Part shown: positions 21,374 through 31,329 of the stretch, one piece after another | Layout: the number at the start of each line of letters is the position of its first letter | Numbering within the stretch: position 1 is the stretch's first letter | NCBI GenBank assembly: GCA_017482945.1 | Contig: JAFUMF010000093.1 | Location: 1 to 51,688 of the forward strand | Direction: 5' to 3' | Source of the DNA: Lachnospiraceae bacterium | GTDB taxonomy: Bacteria > Bacillota > Clostridia > Lachnospirales > Lachnospiraceae | Length of the DNA stretch: 51,688 nucleotides | Program-made: the position numbers and the translations under genes | Notes under the pieces: generated by a model | Database searches by the model: none | Seen by the model: only the letters and a program-made list of their open reading frames with translations | Told to the model about the DNA's origin: nothing

Positions 21374-22462
21374 TTAGTAGTCTAAGTTCTCCATATACTT
21401 CATGTATTTTACTACCATGAGTGCGATCTTGAATGTGATCGCATCCTCGAATACTCTGAGGTCCAGTCCTGTGCTCTTCTGGAGTTTGTCAAGACGGTAA
21501 ACAAGAGTATTTCTGTGGATGTATAACTGTCTGGATGTCTCGGATACATTGAGGCTGTTTTCAAAGAACTTGTTGATCGTTGTCAGTGTCTCCTCGTCGA
21601 ACTCATCCGGATTCTTTCCATCGAAGATTTCCTTAATGAACATGCGGCAGAGCGGTAACGGAAGCTGATAGATCAGACGGCCGATACCGAGATTGGAGTA
21701 TGCGACCACGTTCTTTCCGCTGTAGAAAATCTTACCTACATCAAGAGCCATTTTCGCCTCTTTATAGGAACGGGAAACATCCTTGATCTCATTTACAATT
21801 GTACCGAAAGCAATATGCACCTTGGACATTGCTTCTGTGTTCAGCATATCGAGAATTGTATTAGCAGTCTTCTCTAATTCCTCGTATGTTTCGCCTGGTT
21901 TCACCTCGCGGACAAGGATAATATTTTTCTCATCAACAGCTGTGATGAAATCCTTTGTCTTTGTAGAGAACAGACTTCTCACGGTCTCCAGAGCATTGAC
22001 ATCTTTATCATTTTTCGTTTCAATCAAGAAAACCACGCGCTTCACATTTGTCTCGATGTGAAGTTTCTTTGCCCGGTTGTAAATATCTACCAGAAGCAGG
22101 TTATCCAAGAGCAGGTTTTTAATAAAGTTATCTTTATCAAAGCGCTCTTTGTAGGCCACCAACAGATTCTGAATCTGGAACGCAGCCAGTTTACCTACCA
22201 TATAAACATCATCGCTGCCACCCTTTGCAAGCAGGATGTATTCCAGTTGATGCTCGTCGAATACCTTATAGAATTGGTAACCGGAAATCACCTGACTGTC
22301 GGCCGGAGATGTGGCAAAAGCAAGGATCGAACTCTCGTAATCTTCTGCGCGCTCAAATGTGGAAGCTAAAACTTTACCCTCAACGTCGCAGACGCAAAGG
22401 TCAATCCTCGTAATTTCTTTCAGTCCGTCAATATTGGACTGTAAAATTTGATTGGAAATCAT
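21374..22462 (-). CDS. CdaR/PucR family transcriptional regulator
   Basis: C-terminal HTH SETSRQLYIHRNTLVYRLDKL. Confidence 0.92.
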   Translation of the reverse strand: MISNQILQSNIDGLKEITRIDLCVCDVEGKVLASTFERAEDYESSILAFATSPADSQVISGYQFYKVFDEHQLEYILLAKGGSDDVYMVGKLAAFQIQNLLVAYKERFDKDNFIKNLLLDNLLLVDIYNRAKKLHIETNVKRVVFLIETKNDKDVNALETVRSLFSTKTKDFITAVDEKNIILVREVKPGETYEELEKTANTILDMLNTEAMSKVHIAFGTIVNEIKDVSRSYKEAKMALDVGKIFYSGKNVVAYSNLGIGRLIYQLPLPLCRMFIKEIFDGKNPDEFDEETLTTINKFFENSLNVSETSRQLYIHRNTLVYRLDKLQKSTGLDLRVFEDAITFKIALMVVKYMKYMENLDY

Positions 22463-22585
22463 AGCGTCCTCTCCTTTTCGAAAATTTAGACATATCCACA
22501 GTCTATTTTAATACAAAATCACTAAAAAGGAAAGGAAAATTTTGTATTTTTCCACAAAAATTTTTACAAAATTGTAACATACTAC

Positions 22586-22614
22586 AAAACCAGGGCAAAT
22601 TTCTGCCCTGGTTT
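22586..22614 (-). terminator. intrinsic terminator after msmX-like gene
   Basis: AAACCAGGGCA/TGCCCTGGTTT hairpin with T tract. Confidence 0.7.
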
Positions 22615-22627
22615 CTGTTAAAATAGC

Positions 22628-23737
22628 CTAGTATACGATTGTCTTTTCCGTTTCACGGTTAAAAATCTGAATTTTCTCCGGATCCACCGCCAGAATCACG
22701 GTACTTCCCTCACCTCCGGCCGGCATTTCATCCGCAAGACAGATGCCTGCAGACTCATCCATGGAAAAACGGAGCATCGGTCTGCAATAAAGCTCCTCCA
22801 TTCCCTGCACCTTACAGGTCAAAGTTCCCTCTGCACCTTTTTTCTTTCCTTCTAAAACTGTGAGCGCATCTGCTCTCACGCCTGTGAGAACTTCTTTCTT
22901 TAACCAGCCCTTTTCCAGAAGTGCTTTTCCTTTTTCCTCCGGAAGCAGGACTTTTCCCTTTTTAAAGCTCAGGCCCACATGACCATCTTCTTCATATACA
23001 TTTGCCACGAAGAAATTCATTGGCGGATATCCCACAACGCCTGCAACATAGCTGGTAGCCGGATGTTTTACAAGATTTGCCGGGGTATCATCCTGACAGA
23101 TCTCTCCGTCGCTCATCACGATCATTCTGGTTCCCACCGCCATGGCACTTCTCTGGTTTTCTGTGACATAGATCACCATTATGTTCATCTTCTGGTAGAC
23201 TGCCAGGAATTTCTCTCTGATTTCTTCCTGCACACACTCCACCAGATCTGCGATCGTGCTGTCCATAAGAAGGATACTTGGCTTGCGGATCAGAGCACGT
23301 CCAAGAAGCGCCTGGTAGACCTCAAGAGGACTTAATTCGGACGGCATTTTTTCAAGAATTCTTCCGAGATTCAAGAAACCGGCAATTTCTTCTGTTCGTT
23401 TATCAATCTCCGCCTGGCTTAATTTTGCCATGCGAAGAGCGAATGTCAGATTTTCCTGAACGGTCATATGCGGATAAAGTACGCTGTTTCTGAAAATCAT
23501 CGCAACGTTTCTTTCACGCGGATCTGCGTTGGTCATGTCCACACCGTTGATAAAAAGAGAACCTGAAGTAATTTCTTCCAGGCCCGCGATCATGCGCAAA
23601 AGTGTAGACTTTCCGCATCCGTCCGGTCCCGATAAAATAAGAATTTCTCCGTCTTTCATTTCTAAGTTAAAATCTTTGATGGCCTGCTGGCCGCCTGGAT
23701 AGATTTTATTCACATTTTTTAATACTAAACCGGACAT
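22628..23737 (-). CDS. MalK/MsmX-like ABC ATPase with degenerate catalytic motifs
   Basis: Walker A GPDGCGKST, LRMIAGLEEITSG, LYPHMTV and PPMNF retained; signature reads LSPLE, Walker B LLMDS, H-loop VTEN. Confidence 0.85.
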   Translation of the reverse strand: MSGLVLKNVNKIYPGGQQAIKDFNLEMKDGEILILSGPDGCGKSTLLRMIAGLEEITSGSLFINGVDMTNADPRERNVAMIFRNSVLYPHMTVQENLTFALRMAKLSQAEIDKRTEEIAGFLNLGRILEKMPSELSPLEVYQALLGRALIRKPSILLMDSTIADLVECVQEEIREKFLAVYQKMNIMVIYVTENQRSAMAVGTRMIVMSDGEICQDDTPANLVKHPATSYVAGVVGYPPMNFFVANVYEEDGHVGLSFKKGKVLLPEEKGKALLEKGWLKKEVLTGVRADALTVLEGKKKGAEGTLTCKVQGMEELYCRPMLRFSMDESAGICLADEMPAGGEGSTVILAVDPEKIQIFNRETEKTIVY

Positions 23738-23800
23738 GGTCTCCTCCTGACAATATGATTTATAGGACTCATAGAGGCCGTTTTTATTTATTACCAAATA

Positions 23801-23874
23801 GAATGTGCATCCACGCAGAGCGTTTTTTGAATCATAGTCTATAATTCAAAAAATCCGCGCTTAGCGGACTTACG
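23801..23874 (-). repeat. structured intergenic repeat, copy A
   Basis: Plus strand GAATGTGCATCCACGCAGAGCG-TTTTTT[hairpin]AAAAAA-TCCGCGCTTAGCGGA; core shared with copies near 34.0 and 48.6 kb. Confidence 0.7.
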
Positions 23875-23996
23875 TTTATATGGTACACAACTTTGCGATT
23901 TTTTTCCATACGGCAAAACGCCAAAATATCAGGCCTTTTTCCATGAATTTTGTATATAACATGTTAGTCTTTGGGAGATTTGCCTTTTCCGGCACG

Positions 23997-24025
23997 AAAA
24001 AAGCGCCCTCATCGAGGACGCTTTT
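23997..24025 (-). terminator. intrinsic terminator after ridA
   Basis: AAAAGCG.CCTC/GAGG.CGCTTTT hairpin with T tract. Confidence 0.7.
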
Positions 24026-24045
24026 GTCAAAAATGACGATTTTTA

Positions 24046-24420
24046 CTATTTGATTGCGATTGCTTCCATCTCAAGTAATACGCCCTTCGGAAGTTTTGCA
24101 ACTTCTACGCAGGAACGTGCCGGACACGGAGTCGGGAAATGTTTCGCATAGATTGCGTTGATTGCTGCGAAATCGTCCATGTTCTGGATGAATACGCAAG
24201 TCTTAACAACCTTCTCCATGGATGTGCCAGCTGCTGCAAGAAGGTTTGTCATGTTCTGCATAACCTGCTCAGCCTGAGCCTCAACGCCTTCCGGAACTTC
24301 GCCTGTAGCCGGGTTTACCGGGATCTGGCCAGATGCGAATACAAAGCCATTTGCTTCGATAGCCTGGGAATACGGGCCGATAGCTGCCGGTGCATTGTTT
24401 GTTTTGATCTCTGTCTTCAT
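24046..24420 (-). CDS. ridA: RidA/YjgF family enamine deaminase
   Basis: APAAIGPYSQA, SGQIP, PARSCVEV..LPKG; start after GGAGG. Confidence 0.93.
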   Translation of the reverse strand: MKTEIKTNNAPAAIGPYSQAIEANGFVFASGQIPVNPATGEVPEGVEAQAEQVMQNMTNLLAAAGTSMEKVVKTCVFIQNMDDFAAINAIYAKHFPTPCPARSCVEVAKLPKGVLLEMEAIAIK

Positions 24421-24546
24421 GTGGTTACCTCCAACATTATATTTATTTTTTCGCGGCCGCAAATTACTTCGCAGCCACTATTTGTTACCATTCAGCACCT
24501 TATCAATTTCTTTTCACGCCCGCAAAATACGGGCCGCTTCTGTCGA

Positions 24547-25401
24547 TTAACGGTTCTGAACAGAGACGATACTTTTTTCGGTAATCTCGATCTTGCCCTC
24601 TTTCAGGAGATGGCCGACCGCACGCTTGAATGCGTTCTTGCTGAGTTTGAATTCTCTTGCGATCACTTCCGGTGATGCCTTATCATTGAACGGCAGAACT
24701 CCGTCAAACTCATTAATTACCTGCATTACCAGTTCTGCATCTGCAAAAATCTGGTTGTGAGCCTTTTCTCTCGCGCTTAAATCCAGTTTACCATCTTCGC
24801 GCACTTTTGTCACGCGTGCATGTACTTCCTGTCCGATTTTAAAGCCGCCAAACAGCTCTCTCTTCGGAATCATGCCATGGAACTTTTCATCCACCGCCAC
24901 GAATGCGCCGAGGTCCGGATTAATTTCGAAAATAAATCCGTTTACTTCGTCGCCTGTATGATACGGAGCATCGCTTCTTAAATACGGATAGACCTTCATA
25001 GTGGCCGCAAGACGTTTGCTCTTATCGATATAAAGGGCAATCATGACGCGCTCGCCTTTTCTTACCTGATGGGTCTGCTCTTTGAACGGAAGAAGAAGAT
25101 CTTTCTCCAATCCCATGTCTAAGAAGGCACCGATCTTGGATGTCTCGCGAACCTCAAGAACCGCAGTCTCTCCTAAGGATACCTTCGGAACGGTTGTTGT
25201 CGCGATGATTCTATCCTCGGAATCTTTATATAAGAACACTTCCAGCTTGTCGCCAAGCTTTGTTCCGGCAGGAATCATTTTTTTCGGAAGCAGAACGCCT
25301 TTTTCCAGGCTGTTTGCTCCTGTTCCCGGCTCTGCCAGATAAACGCCGAAATCTGTTTCTTTAATGACCTCAAGGGTCTGCATCTTTCCAAGTTCCATCA
25401 T
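24547..25401 (-). CDS. CvfB/YitL family S1 RNA-binding protein
   Basis: Repeated S1 motifs (FGVYL, IGAFLDMGLEKDLLLP), C-terminal SKNAFKRAVGHL. Confidence 0.9.
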   Translation of the reverse strand: MMELGKMQTLEVIKETDFGVYLAEPGTGANSLEKGVLLPKKMIPAGTKLGDKLEVFLYKDSEDRIIATTTVPKVSLGETAVLEVRETSKIGAFLDMGLEKDLLLPFKEQTHQVRKGERVMIALYIDKSKRLAATMKVYPYLRSDAPYHTGDEVNGFIFEINPDLGAFVAVDEKFHGMIPKRELFGGFKIGQEVHARVTKVREDGKLDLSAREKAHNQIFADAELVMQVINEFDGVLPFNDKASPEVIAREFKLSKNAFKRAVGHLLKEGKIEITEKSIVSVQNR

Positions 25402-25441
25402 GTCTTTCGTCCTCTCTTTCCGGCACAGCCAGACTGTACCA

Positions 25442-26155
25442 TTATTTCATTGTTTTCAGTTCAACATTTGCAAAAATACTGCCGTCTTCTGCACAAAGGG
25501 AAACTGCATATTTGTCGCCATCTACCGCACACTTTAAGACGATCACATCTCCAAGAACCGCGGCTTTCCTATATTCAGCACGGATTCCGCAGATTTCGCA
25601 TCCCTCCGGGACTGCCTCGCAGGCAATGTCCACATATTGGACGTTATTGACATGCCTGTTGATGTCCAGGTGGTGCTTCATGACAGAAATTCTTCCAACT
25701 TCTTCCAAATTCTCCGGGAGTGTGATCTTTCTCGGCAGGTCTTCCATATCAAGACGCGGCTCCACGGTCGGATACGGAGCAATGTCCTCCGCAGTCGGGC
25801 GCACCGGTCTTCCTGTTTCCATACTAGTCAGAAACCAGCAGGAATCGGCTTTTACCAGATAATTTCCATCCTTGTCGAAGATCGCAAAATTTCTCAGGCC
25901 GTAAATACCTTTAAAATCATAAGGCCATGTACCGATCGTAATTTCTTCTGCCACGTCCGGACGTCTCAGCACCTCCACATTCCACGCAGATAACAGCCAG
26001 GATTTTTGCGTTTTCTTCATATACGAAAATCCTGCTCCAATATCTTCCGACTGGAAAATCGAACAGTCCTGAAGGTAATTCATCAGGCCTGTGATAGAAA
26101 GTTTTTTGTTGATATCGGTCTCGCTGAAGCGGACACGGCTTTTAAAACTATACAT
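25442..26155 (-). CDS. acyl-ACP thioesterase
   Basis: VRFSETD, HLDINRHVNN catalytic motif; start MYSF after GGGGAG. Confidence 0.9.
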   Translation of the reverse strand: MYSFKSRVRFSETDINKKLSITGLMNYLQDCSIFQSEDIGAGFSYMKKTQKSWLLSAWNVEVLRRPDVAEEITIGTWPYDFKGIYGLRNFAIFDKDGNYLVKADSCWFLTSMETGRPVRPTAEDIAPYPTVEPRLDMEDLPRKITLPENLEEVGRISVMKHHLDINRHVNNVQYVDIACEAVPEGCEICGIRAEYRKAAVLGDVIVLKCAVDGDKYAVSLCAEDGSIFANVELKTMK

Positions 26156-26295
26156 GGAACTCCCCTTATATTTCACAGAGCTTTTTATATCACAGATTTC
26201 CTATGATTTTAAAAAGCTCTAATTTCGTACGAAATCAGAGCTTTTGCTGTACGCGTATTAATTTTAATATGCTTTATACCCTTTGTCAAGCAGTT

Positions 26296-27192
26296 CTAAA
26301 AGCTGTCTACCTCGTCTTTTGTCGGGATGGACGGAGCCGCACCCGGTCTTGTAACCGCGATTGCAGCCGCTTTGGAAGCACGCTCCATGGAAGCCTCCTC
26401 ACTGAGTCCGCTTAAGAGACCAGCGATGAAGAAACCACTGAAGGTATCACCCGCAGCCGTTGTATCCACCGCTTTTACGCGGAAGCTCGGCTGTCTGAAC
26501 TGTTTGTCTCCGTTTGTGAAAATGGAACCGGCACTGCCGATGGTGAGAACGATGGTCGCGTTCGGGAACTTCGCTTCAAGTGCTGCTGCCAGAACGTCCA
26601 CGTCATCCTCAGAATCCGGCTTCCACTGTAAGAGCTGCTCAGCCTCCACTTCATTTAAAAGGAAGTAATCCACGAACTGAAGCGGAAGTGCAAAGATCTT
26701 CTCGTTCATCGGAGACGGATTTAAAACAATTTTCAGACCCTTTTCGTGAGCCTTATTAACCAGATATGGCAGTTCATTGATTTCGTTCTGGAGGACCAGA
26801 TGGTCACCCTCACCAAATCGCTCCAGAACCGCATCGATCTGAGCTTTTGTGATTGCCTGATTAGCACCGCCATAAAGAAGAATACAGTTGTCTCCCTCTT
26901 TATCATTCTGGATAATGGCATTTCCTGTTCTCACATCATGTAAGATTTTAACGCAGGAAGTATCAACACCCGCCTCTTCCATGATCTCAAGAAGGAACTT
27001 TCCATCTTCTCCGATGACGCCTGCATGGTACACCTCAGCTCCGGCCTTAGCCAGAGCGATGGACTGGTTCAGTCCTTTTCCGCCGCTGAATACCTGAAGG
27101 GACTCAGAGGATAAGGTCTCACCTTTCTGTACAAAATGGTCCACACGGTAGGTATAATCAATATTTAAAGATCCAAAACTTAATACTTTCAT
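26296..27192 (-). CDS. rbsK: ribokinase (PfkB family)
   Basis: GSLNID, GGKGLNQ, NPSP, NEVE, VDTTAAGDTF. Confidence 0.88.
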   Translation of the reverse strand: MKVLSFGSLNIDYTYRVDHFVQKGETLSSESLQVFSGGKGLNQSIALAKAGAEVYHAGVIGEDGKFLLEIMEEAGVDTSCVKILHDVRTGNAIIQNDKEGDNCILLYGGANQAITKAQIDAVLERFGEGDHLVLQNEINELPYLVNKAHEKGLKIVLNPSPMNEKIFALPLQFVDYFLLNEVEAEQLLQWKPDSEDDVDVLAAALEAKFPNATIVLTIGSAGSIFTNGDKQFRQPSFRVKAVDTTAAGDTFSGFFIAGLLSGLSEEASMERASKAAAIAVTRPGAAPSIPTKDEVDSF

Positions 27193-27253
27193 AATGATCG
27201 CCTGTCCTTCTCTAGTCAGTATGAGTAGTTTTTATTATCTGCGGTCAGAAAGA

Positions 27254-28000
27254 TTAGTCCTCTTTGATCAGCCATTTAGCCATGTTCTGGAACAGCTTGT
27301 TGTAGCCTTCCCAGTTGCAGAACTCCGGCGGAGCCCAGTGCGGAGCACAGTCTGTTGTGAATACTGCAGAACGTCCTTTGCCGTACTCGCCAAGAGCGAT
27401 GAACGGGTTGTCGTCTACGATTGCAAGAAGCTCAGCGCCTTCTCTTAAGATTGTCTTGTTGTAACCAAGAACTCTCGGCCACTCGCCAAGACCTGCAAGG
27501 ATCTCATGCTCCTTAACAGTTACCGGCTGAACGCCTTCGCAGTGCTCGATACGGTCATCTGTCGGGAGAACCTGTACCGGAAGAACTTCCTGAACAGCTG
27601 TATCCTGCCATTTACCCTTACCGTCGATACCGGAGAATGTCATGTAGCCGCCTACCATAAGAAGGGAGCCGCCCTCGAGAACGTAGTCACGGATCAGGTT
27701 GCAGCGGTTCGGTCTTAAGATACTCTTTGTAAATGTAGCTGTCGGAAGAAGCAGTGTGTTTGCACCGATATCAGAAAGAACGATTAAATCATACTGCTGT
27801 AATTCTTCAAGTGTGAACGGGAAATTGTCCATTGCTTCATGGTTCGGCATGAATGTGAAGTCATAGCCGCCCTCTTTCATAGCTGCCTCAAAATACTGAT
27901 GACCTGTCTCATAAACAGATGTGTAGAATGTATCAAAACCTTTCACGTGTGTTGTAAAGCTCATCCAAGATTCGCCTACTAAAAGAACCTTCTTTGCCAT
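27254..28000 (-). CDS. DUF1355 / glutamine amidotransferase-like protein (STM3548-like)
   Basis: KKVLLVGESW, LSDIGANTLLL, GGSLLMVGGY..FSG, DCAPHW motifs as recalled for this family. Confidence 0.8.
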   Translation of the reverse strand: MAKKVLLVGESWMSFTTHVKGFDTFYTSVYETGHQYFEAAMKEGGYDFTFMPNHEAMDNFPFTLEELQQYDLIVLSDIGANTLLLPTATFTKSILRPNRCNLIRDYVLEGGSLLMVGGYMTFSGIDGKGKWQDTAVQEVLPVQVLPTDDRIEHCEGVQPVTVKEHEILAGLGEWPRVLGYNKTILREGAELLAIVDDNPFIALGEYGKGRSAVFTTDCAPHWAPPEFCNWEGYNKLFQNMAKWLIKED

Positions 28001-28013
28001 TTTCAAATTCCTC

Positions 28014-29288
28014 CTAATTTGTTTTTGCGCCCCACTCCAGAATCAACTTTGCATATACAAGAATTACCTGGAGATAGTCTTCAATACTTACCCACTCATC
28101 AACTGCATGGCACTGCGGGAGATTTCCCGGTCCATACTGGATCGTCGGACAGCCAGCGATGTTCTTCCAAAGTCTGGAGTCACATCCTGCCGGAGAACCG
28201 ACAACCTTTACATCTCTGCCATGAACATTTTTGTATACATCCTTGAATGTGCATACAAATTCATGGTCCTCTTCCTGCTCAAAACCATTGCCCTGCTGAT
28301 ATAAATCAAGCTTCGGCGGATGGTTTACCAGCCACGGATCGGATTTAGTCACGCGGTCTACCACATCGGTAAATTCCGCTACGACCTGATCATGGCTCAT
28401 AAGACCCGGTACAAAATGTACACAGGTAGAGAACGAACAGTCGCCTGCAACTGTGGAACCAGCGCTTCCGCCATGGATCACGCCAACGTTTAAGTTTGGC
28501 GGTGGGAGCAGCGGATGCTTATACTCTAACAGCCATTCATGCTCTTTCTCATTGAGAGCCTGAATCACTTTGAATGCCTTGTCGATGGCACTGACACCAT
28601 TTTTCTTGCCGCCGGAGTGGCATGCTTTTCCTTCGAAATCTACTTTGTAGAATACCCAGCCCATGTGAGCCAGAACCAGTTCATCCGAAGTTCCTTCACA
28701 GTTTACTACGCCGTCTGCCTTCAGACCTCTCATAACTGCCTGAATGGAACCATTTCCGCCGCCTTCTTCATCGCAAACGGATGTAATGATTACGTCGCCC
28801 GGAAGCTCATAGCCTGCATCCTGAAGCAGCTTTACAGCCATTGCGGATGCCATCAGGCCGCTCTTCATGTCCGCAGCACCGCGTGCATAGAGCTTACCAT
28901 CACGGATTTCCGGCTGGAACGGAGGTGTTGTCCATTCATCTGCGTCATCTGCCGGCATTACGTCGATATGACTGTTGAATAACAGGCTCTTTCCGCCGTT
29001 TCCTTTGAAGGTTGCGTATACATTATAACGGTCCGTCTGGTCATGGCCGACATTGCCTTCCTGATGTTTCTCCAGACTTTCCAGAATCACGCTCTCCTCC
29101 ATCTGGTCCTTCACGATTTCAGAAGCACCCATGGATTCAAACAGGCGGATCATATAGTCCTGACCTTCTTTTTCCAGGCCGCCGCCGATTCCATGATGAA
29201 GATCATGGGTATCGATGGCCAGTAGATTTTTTAATTGTTCGATATAATATTCTTTGTTCTGCTCGAGAACTTCCTGAAGTCTGCTCAT
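28014..29288 (-). CDS. M20A ArgE/DapE-family deacylase
   Basis: Metal and catalytic motifs SHIDV, GAADMKSG, CDEEGGG, CEG, CHAVDE. Confidence 0.9.
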   Translation of the reverse strand: MSRLQEVLEQNKEYYIEQLKNLLAIDTHDLHHGIGGGLEKEGQDYMIRLFESMGASEIVKDQMEESVILESLEKHQEGNVGHDQTDRYNVYATFKGNGGKSLLFNSHIDVMPADDADEWTTPPFQPEIRDGKLYARGAADMKSGLMASAMAVKLLQDAGYELPGDVIITSVCDEEGGGNGSIQAVMRGLKADGVVNCEGTSDELVLAHMGWVFYKVDFEGKACHSGGKKNGVSAIDKAFKVIQALNEKEHEWLLEYKHPLLPPPNLNVGVIHGGSAGSTVAGDCSFSTCVHFVPGLMSHDQVVAEFTDVVDRVTKSDPWLVNHPPKLDLYQQGNGFEQEEDHEFVCTFKDVYKNVHGRDVKVVGSPAGCDSRLWKNIAGCPTIQYGPGNLPQCHAVDEWVSIEDYLQVILVYAKLILEWGAKTN

Positions 29289-29397
29289 TTCTTTCAACCT
29301 CCGAAATTGCTGAATATTATTTGTGTCGCCGTCGGGTTCCGCTTCCCCTTACGAAGGGAAGCGAAATCCAAACAGTTGTCTTTGTTTACACGTTTAA

Positions 29398-30330
29398 TTA
29401 GTTATATTTGCGGATATTCTCTTCGATCATATCCCAGAACTTCTCAACATCGATGTCGATCGCAACGTTTGCGTTCGGCTCTTTCTTCTGGTAACCGAAG
29501 AAGTCACAGTTTGTTCTGCCGAGGGACTGCTGGGAGAAGATATCGATCTCGCAGTGCATCGGTTTTGTTGTGATCACGCTCGGATCGATCAGGTAAGCAA
29601 TTGTGATCGGATCATGTAACGGACCGCCTTCCCATCCGAATACTTCCTTCTGGCTCTTGCAGAAATGGCCCATCAGGTCAACGAACAGCTTGGAAGCCTT
29701 GTTGCCTACTTTGCCCATACGCTCTACGATTGCCGGATAGCAAAGTGCTTTTCTTGTTACATCGAGACCTACCATTGTGATCGGTCTGCCGCTTGTGAAT
29801 GCAACATAAGCTGCGTCTGCATCTTCGATGATATTGAACTCAGCTGCCGGAGTTACGTTACCGTTTGTGTATGCGCCGCCCATGAGAACGATCTCTTTGA
29901 TCTTCGGAACGATCGCCGGCTCCATACGCATTGCCATACCAAGGTTTGTCATCGGACCAGTTGTAACGACAGTGATGTCTCCGTCAGATTTCATAATTGT
30001 ATCGATCATCCAGAGAACTGCATGCTGCTCTTCTGCTTTCTTTGTTAACGGCTCAAATACCGGGCCGTCAAGACCTGTTTCACCGTGGATATCAGCTGCA
30101 ACAAATTTCGGGCGGATCATCGGATCCGGGCAGCCTTTGAATACCGGAACATCAAGGCCAAGATACTGGCAGATGTTCAGCGCGTTGTTTGTTGTTTTCT
30201 CCAGAGTCTGGTTACCTGTTACAACTGTGATACCGAGAAGATCGATGTTCTCGTTGATCGCTGCGAGCATGATCGCCACCGCGTCATCATGTCCCGGGTC
30301 ACAATCCAGAATAATTTTTCTCTTATCCAT
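29398..30330 (-). CDS. nucleoside hydrolase (IUNH/Rih family)
   Basis: DCDPGHDDA, MGG, NVTPAAEFN, LHDP. Confidence 0.95.
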   Translation of the reverse strand: MDKRKIILDCDPGHDDAVAIMLAAINENIDLLGITVVTGNQTLEKTTNNALNICQYLGLDVPVFKGCPDPMIRPKFVAADIHGETGLDGPVFEPLTKKAEEQHAVLWMIDTIMKSDGDITVVTTGPMTNLGMAMRMEPAIVPKIKEIVLMGGAYTNGNVTPAAEFNIIEDADAAYVAFTSGRPITMVGLDVTRKALCYPAIVERMGKVGNKASKLFVDLMGHFCKSQKEVFGWEGGPLHDPITIAYLIDPSVITTKPMHCEIDIFSQQSLGRTNCDFFGYQKKEPNANVAIDIDVEKFWDMIEENIRKYN

Positions 30331-30384
30331 ATCTGATTACTCCTTTAAAATTAATACTGCCAAATTTTAAGAGTTATACCGTTT

Positions 30385-31326
30385 TTAGTTCAAAGAAGAC
30401 TGACGCTTCTTGTTTGCAGAAAGCTTCACTGCCATGGAAACAGAAAGAACTGCAATTGTTACGATATACGGCATCATAAGTACGAACTGGGACGGAATAC
30501 CGTATGCCTGGAGTCTCGCACCAACGGAGTCAGCAAAACCGAACAGTAAGCATCCTAAGGATGTGAATACCGGGTTTGCGCCGCCGAAGTACATCGCTGC
30601 AACACCCATGAAACCACGGTTACTTGTCATGTTCTCTACGAACTGTGTGCTGTAGCCGAGGGAAAGGTGTGCGCCTGCAAGTCCGCCGATCATACCAGCA
30701 AAAGCAACTGCCTGGTATTTGATCTTGTTAACGTTGATACCTGCTGTCTTTGCAGCCTCCGGGAACTGACCTACTGCACGAAGGCGGAGTCCCCATACTG
30801 TCTTATAGAATAAGAACTGAAGAGCAATGATCAGAATGATAACGAACCATTCGGCAATACTCCAGTTACAGAATATCTCGCCAAGAATCGGCACTTCTGA
30901 CAAGAATTCCAGTTTTACTCTCGGGATCGGGTCGATCTCCGGGCTGGAGAAAGAACCATTCATACCAAATACTACATTTAACAGGAACTTTGTGATCGCT
31001 AACGCCAACATGTTAACGCCCATACCGATCGCACAGTTATCAGCGCCATATTTGATGTGTCCGATACCGATGATCATCGCGATCAGGACACCTGCAAGCA
31101 TCGCTGCAGCAACGCCAACCACCCAGCTGCCTGTGAAATAGCTCACTGCAACAGCTGTGAACGCACCTACCAGCATGATACCTTCAGTACCTACGTTCAG
31201 GATGTTCGCCTGCTGTGTAATAGCTGCACACAGAGCCGCGAAGATAATCGGAGTCGCGGAACGGAATGTCGCATAAATCAGGGACACATTGATAATTTTA
31301 TCTAAGTTTTCAATAATTGCACCCAT
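30385..31326 (-). CDS. nucleoside-type (CUT2/BMP) ABC transporter permease, NupQ-like
   Basis: NVGTEGIML, GLRLRAVG..PEAA..AGINV, PYIVT. Confidence 0.9.
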   Translation of the reverse strand: MGAIIENLDKIINVSLIYATFRSATPIIFAALCAAITQQANILNVGTEGIMLVGAFTAVAVSYFTGSWVVGVAAAMLAGVLIAMIIGIGHIKYGADNCAIGMGVNMLALAITKFLLNVVFGMNGSFSSPEIDPIPRVKLEFLSEVPILGEIFCNWSIAEWFVIILIIALQFLFYKTVWGLRLRAVGQFPEAAKTAGINVNKIKYQAVAFAGMIGGLAGAHLSLGYSTQFVENMTSNRGFMGVAAMYFGGANPVFTSLGCLLFGFADSVGARLQAYGIPSQFVLMMPYIVTIAVLSVSMAVKLSANKKRQSSLN

Positions 31327-31329
31327 CGA

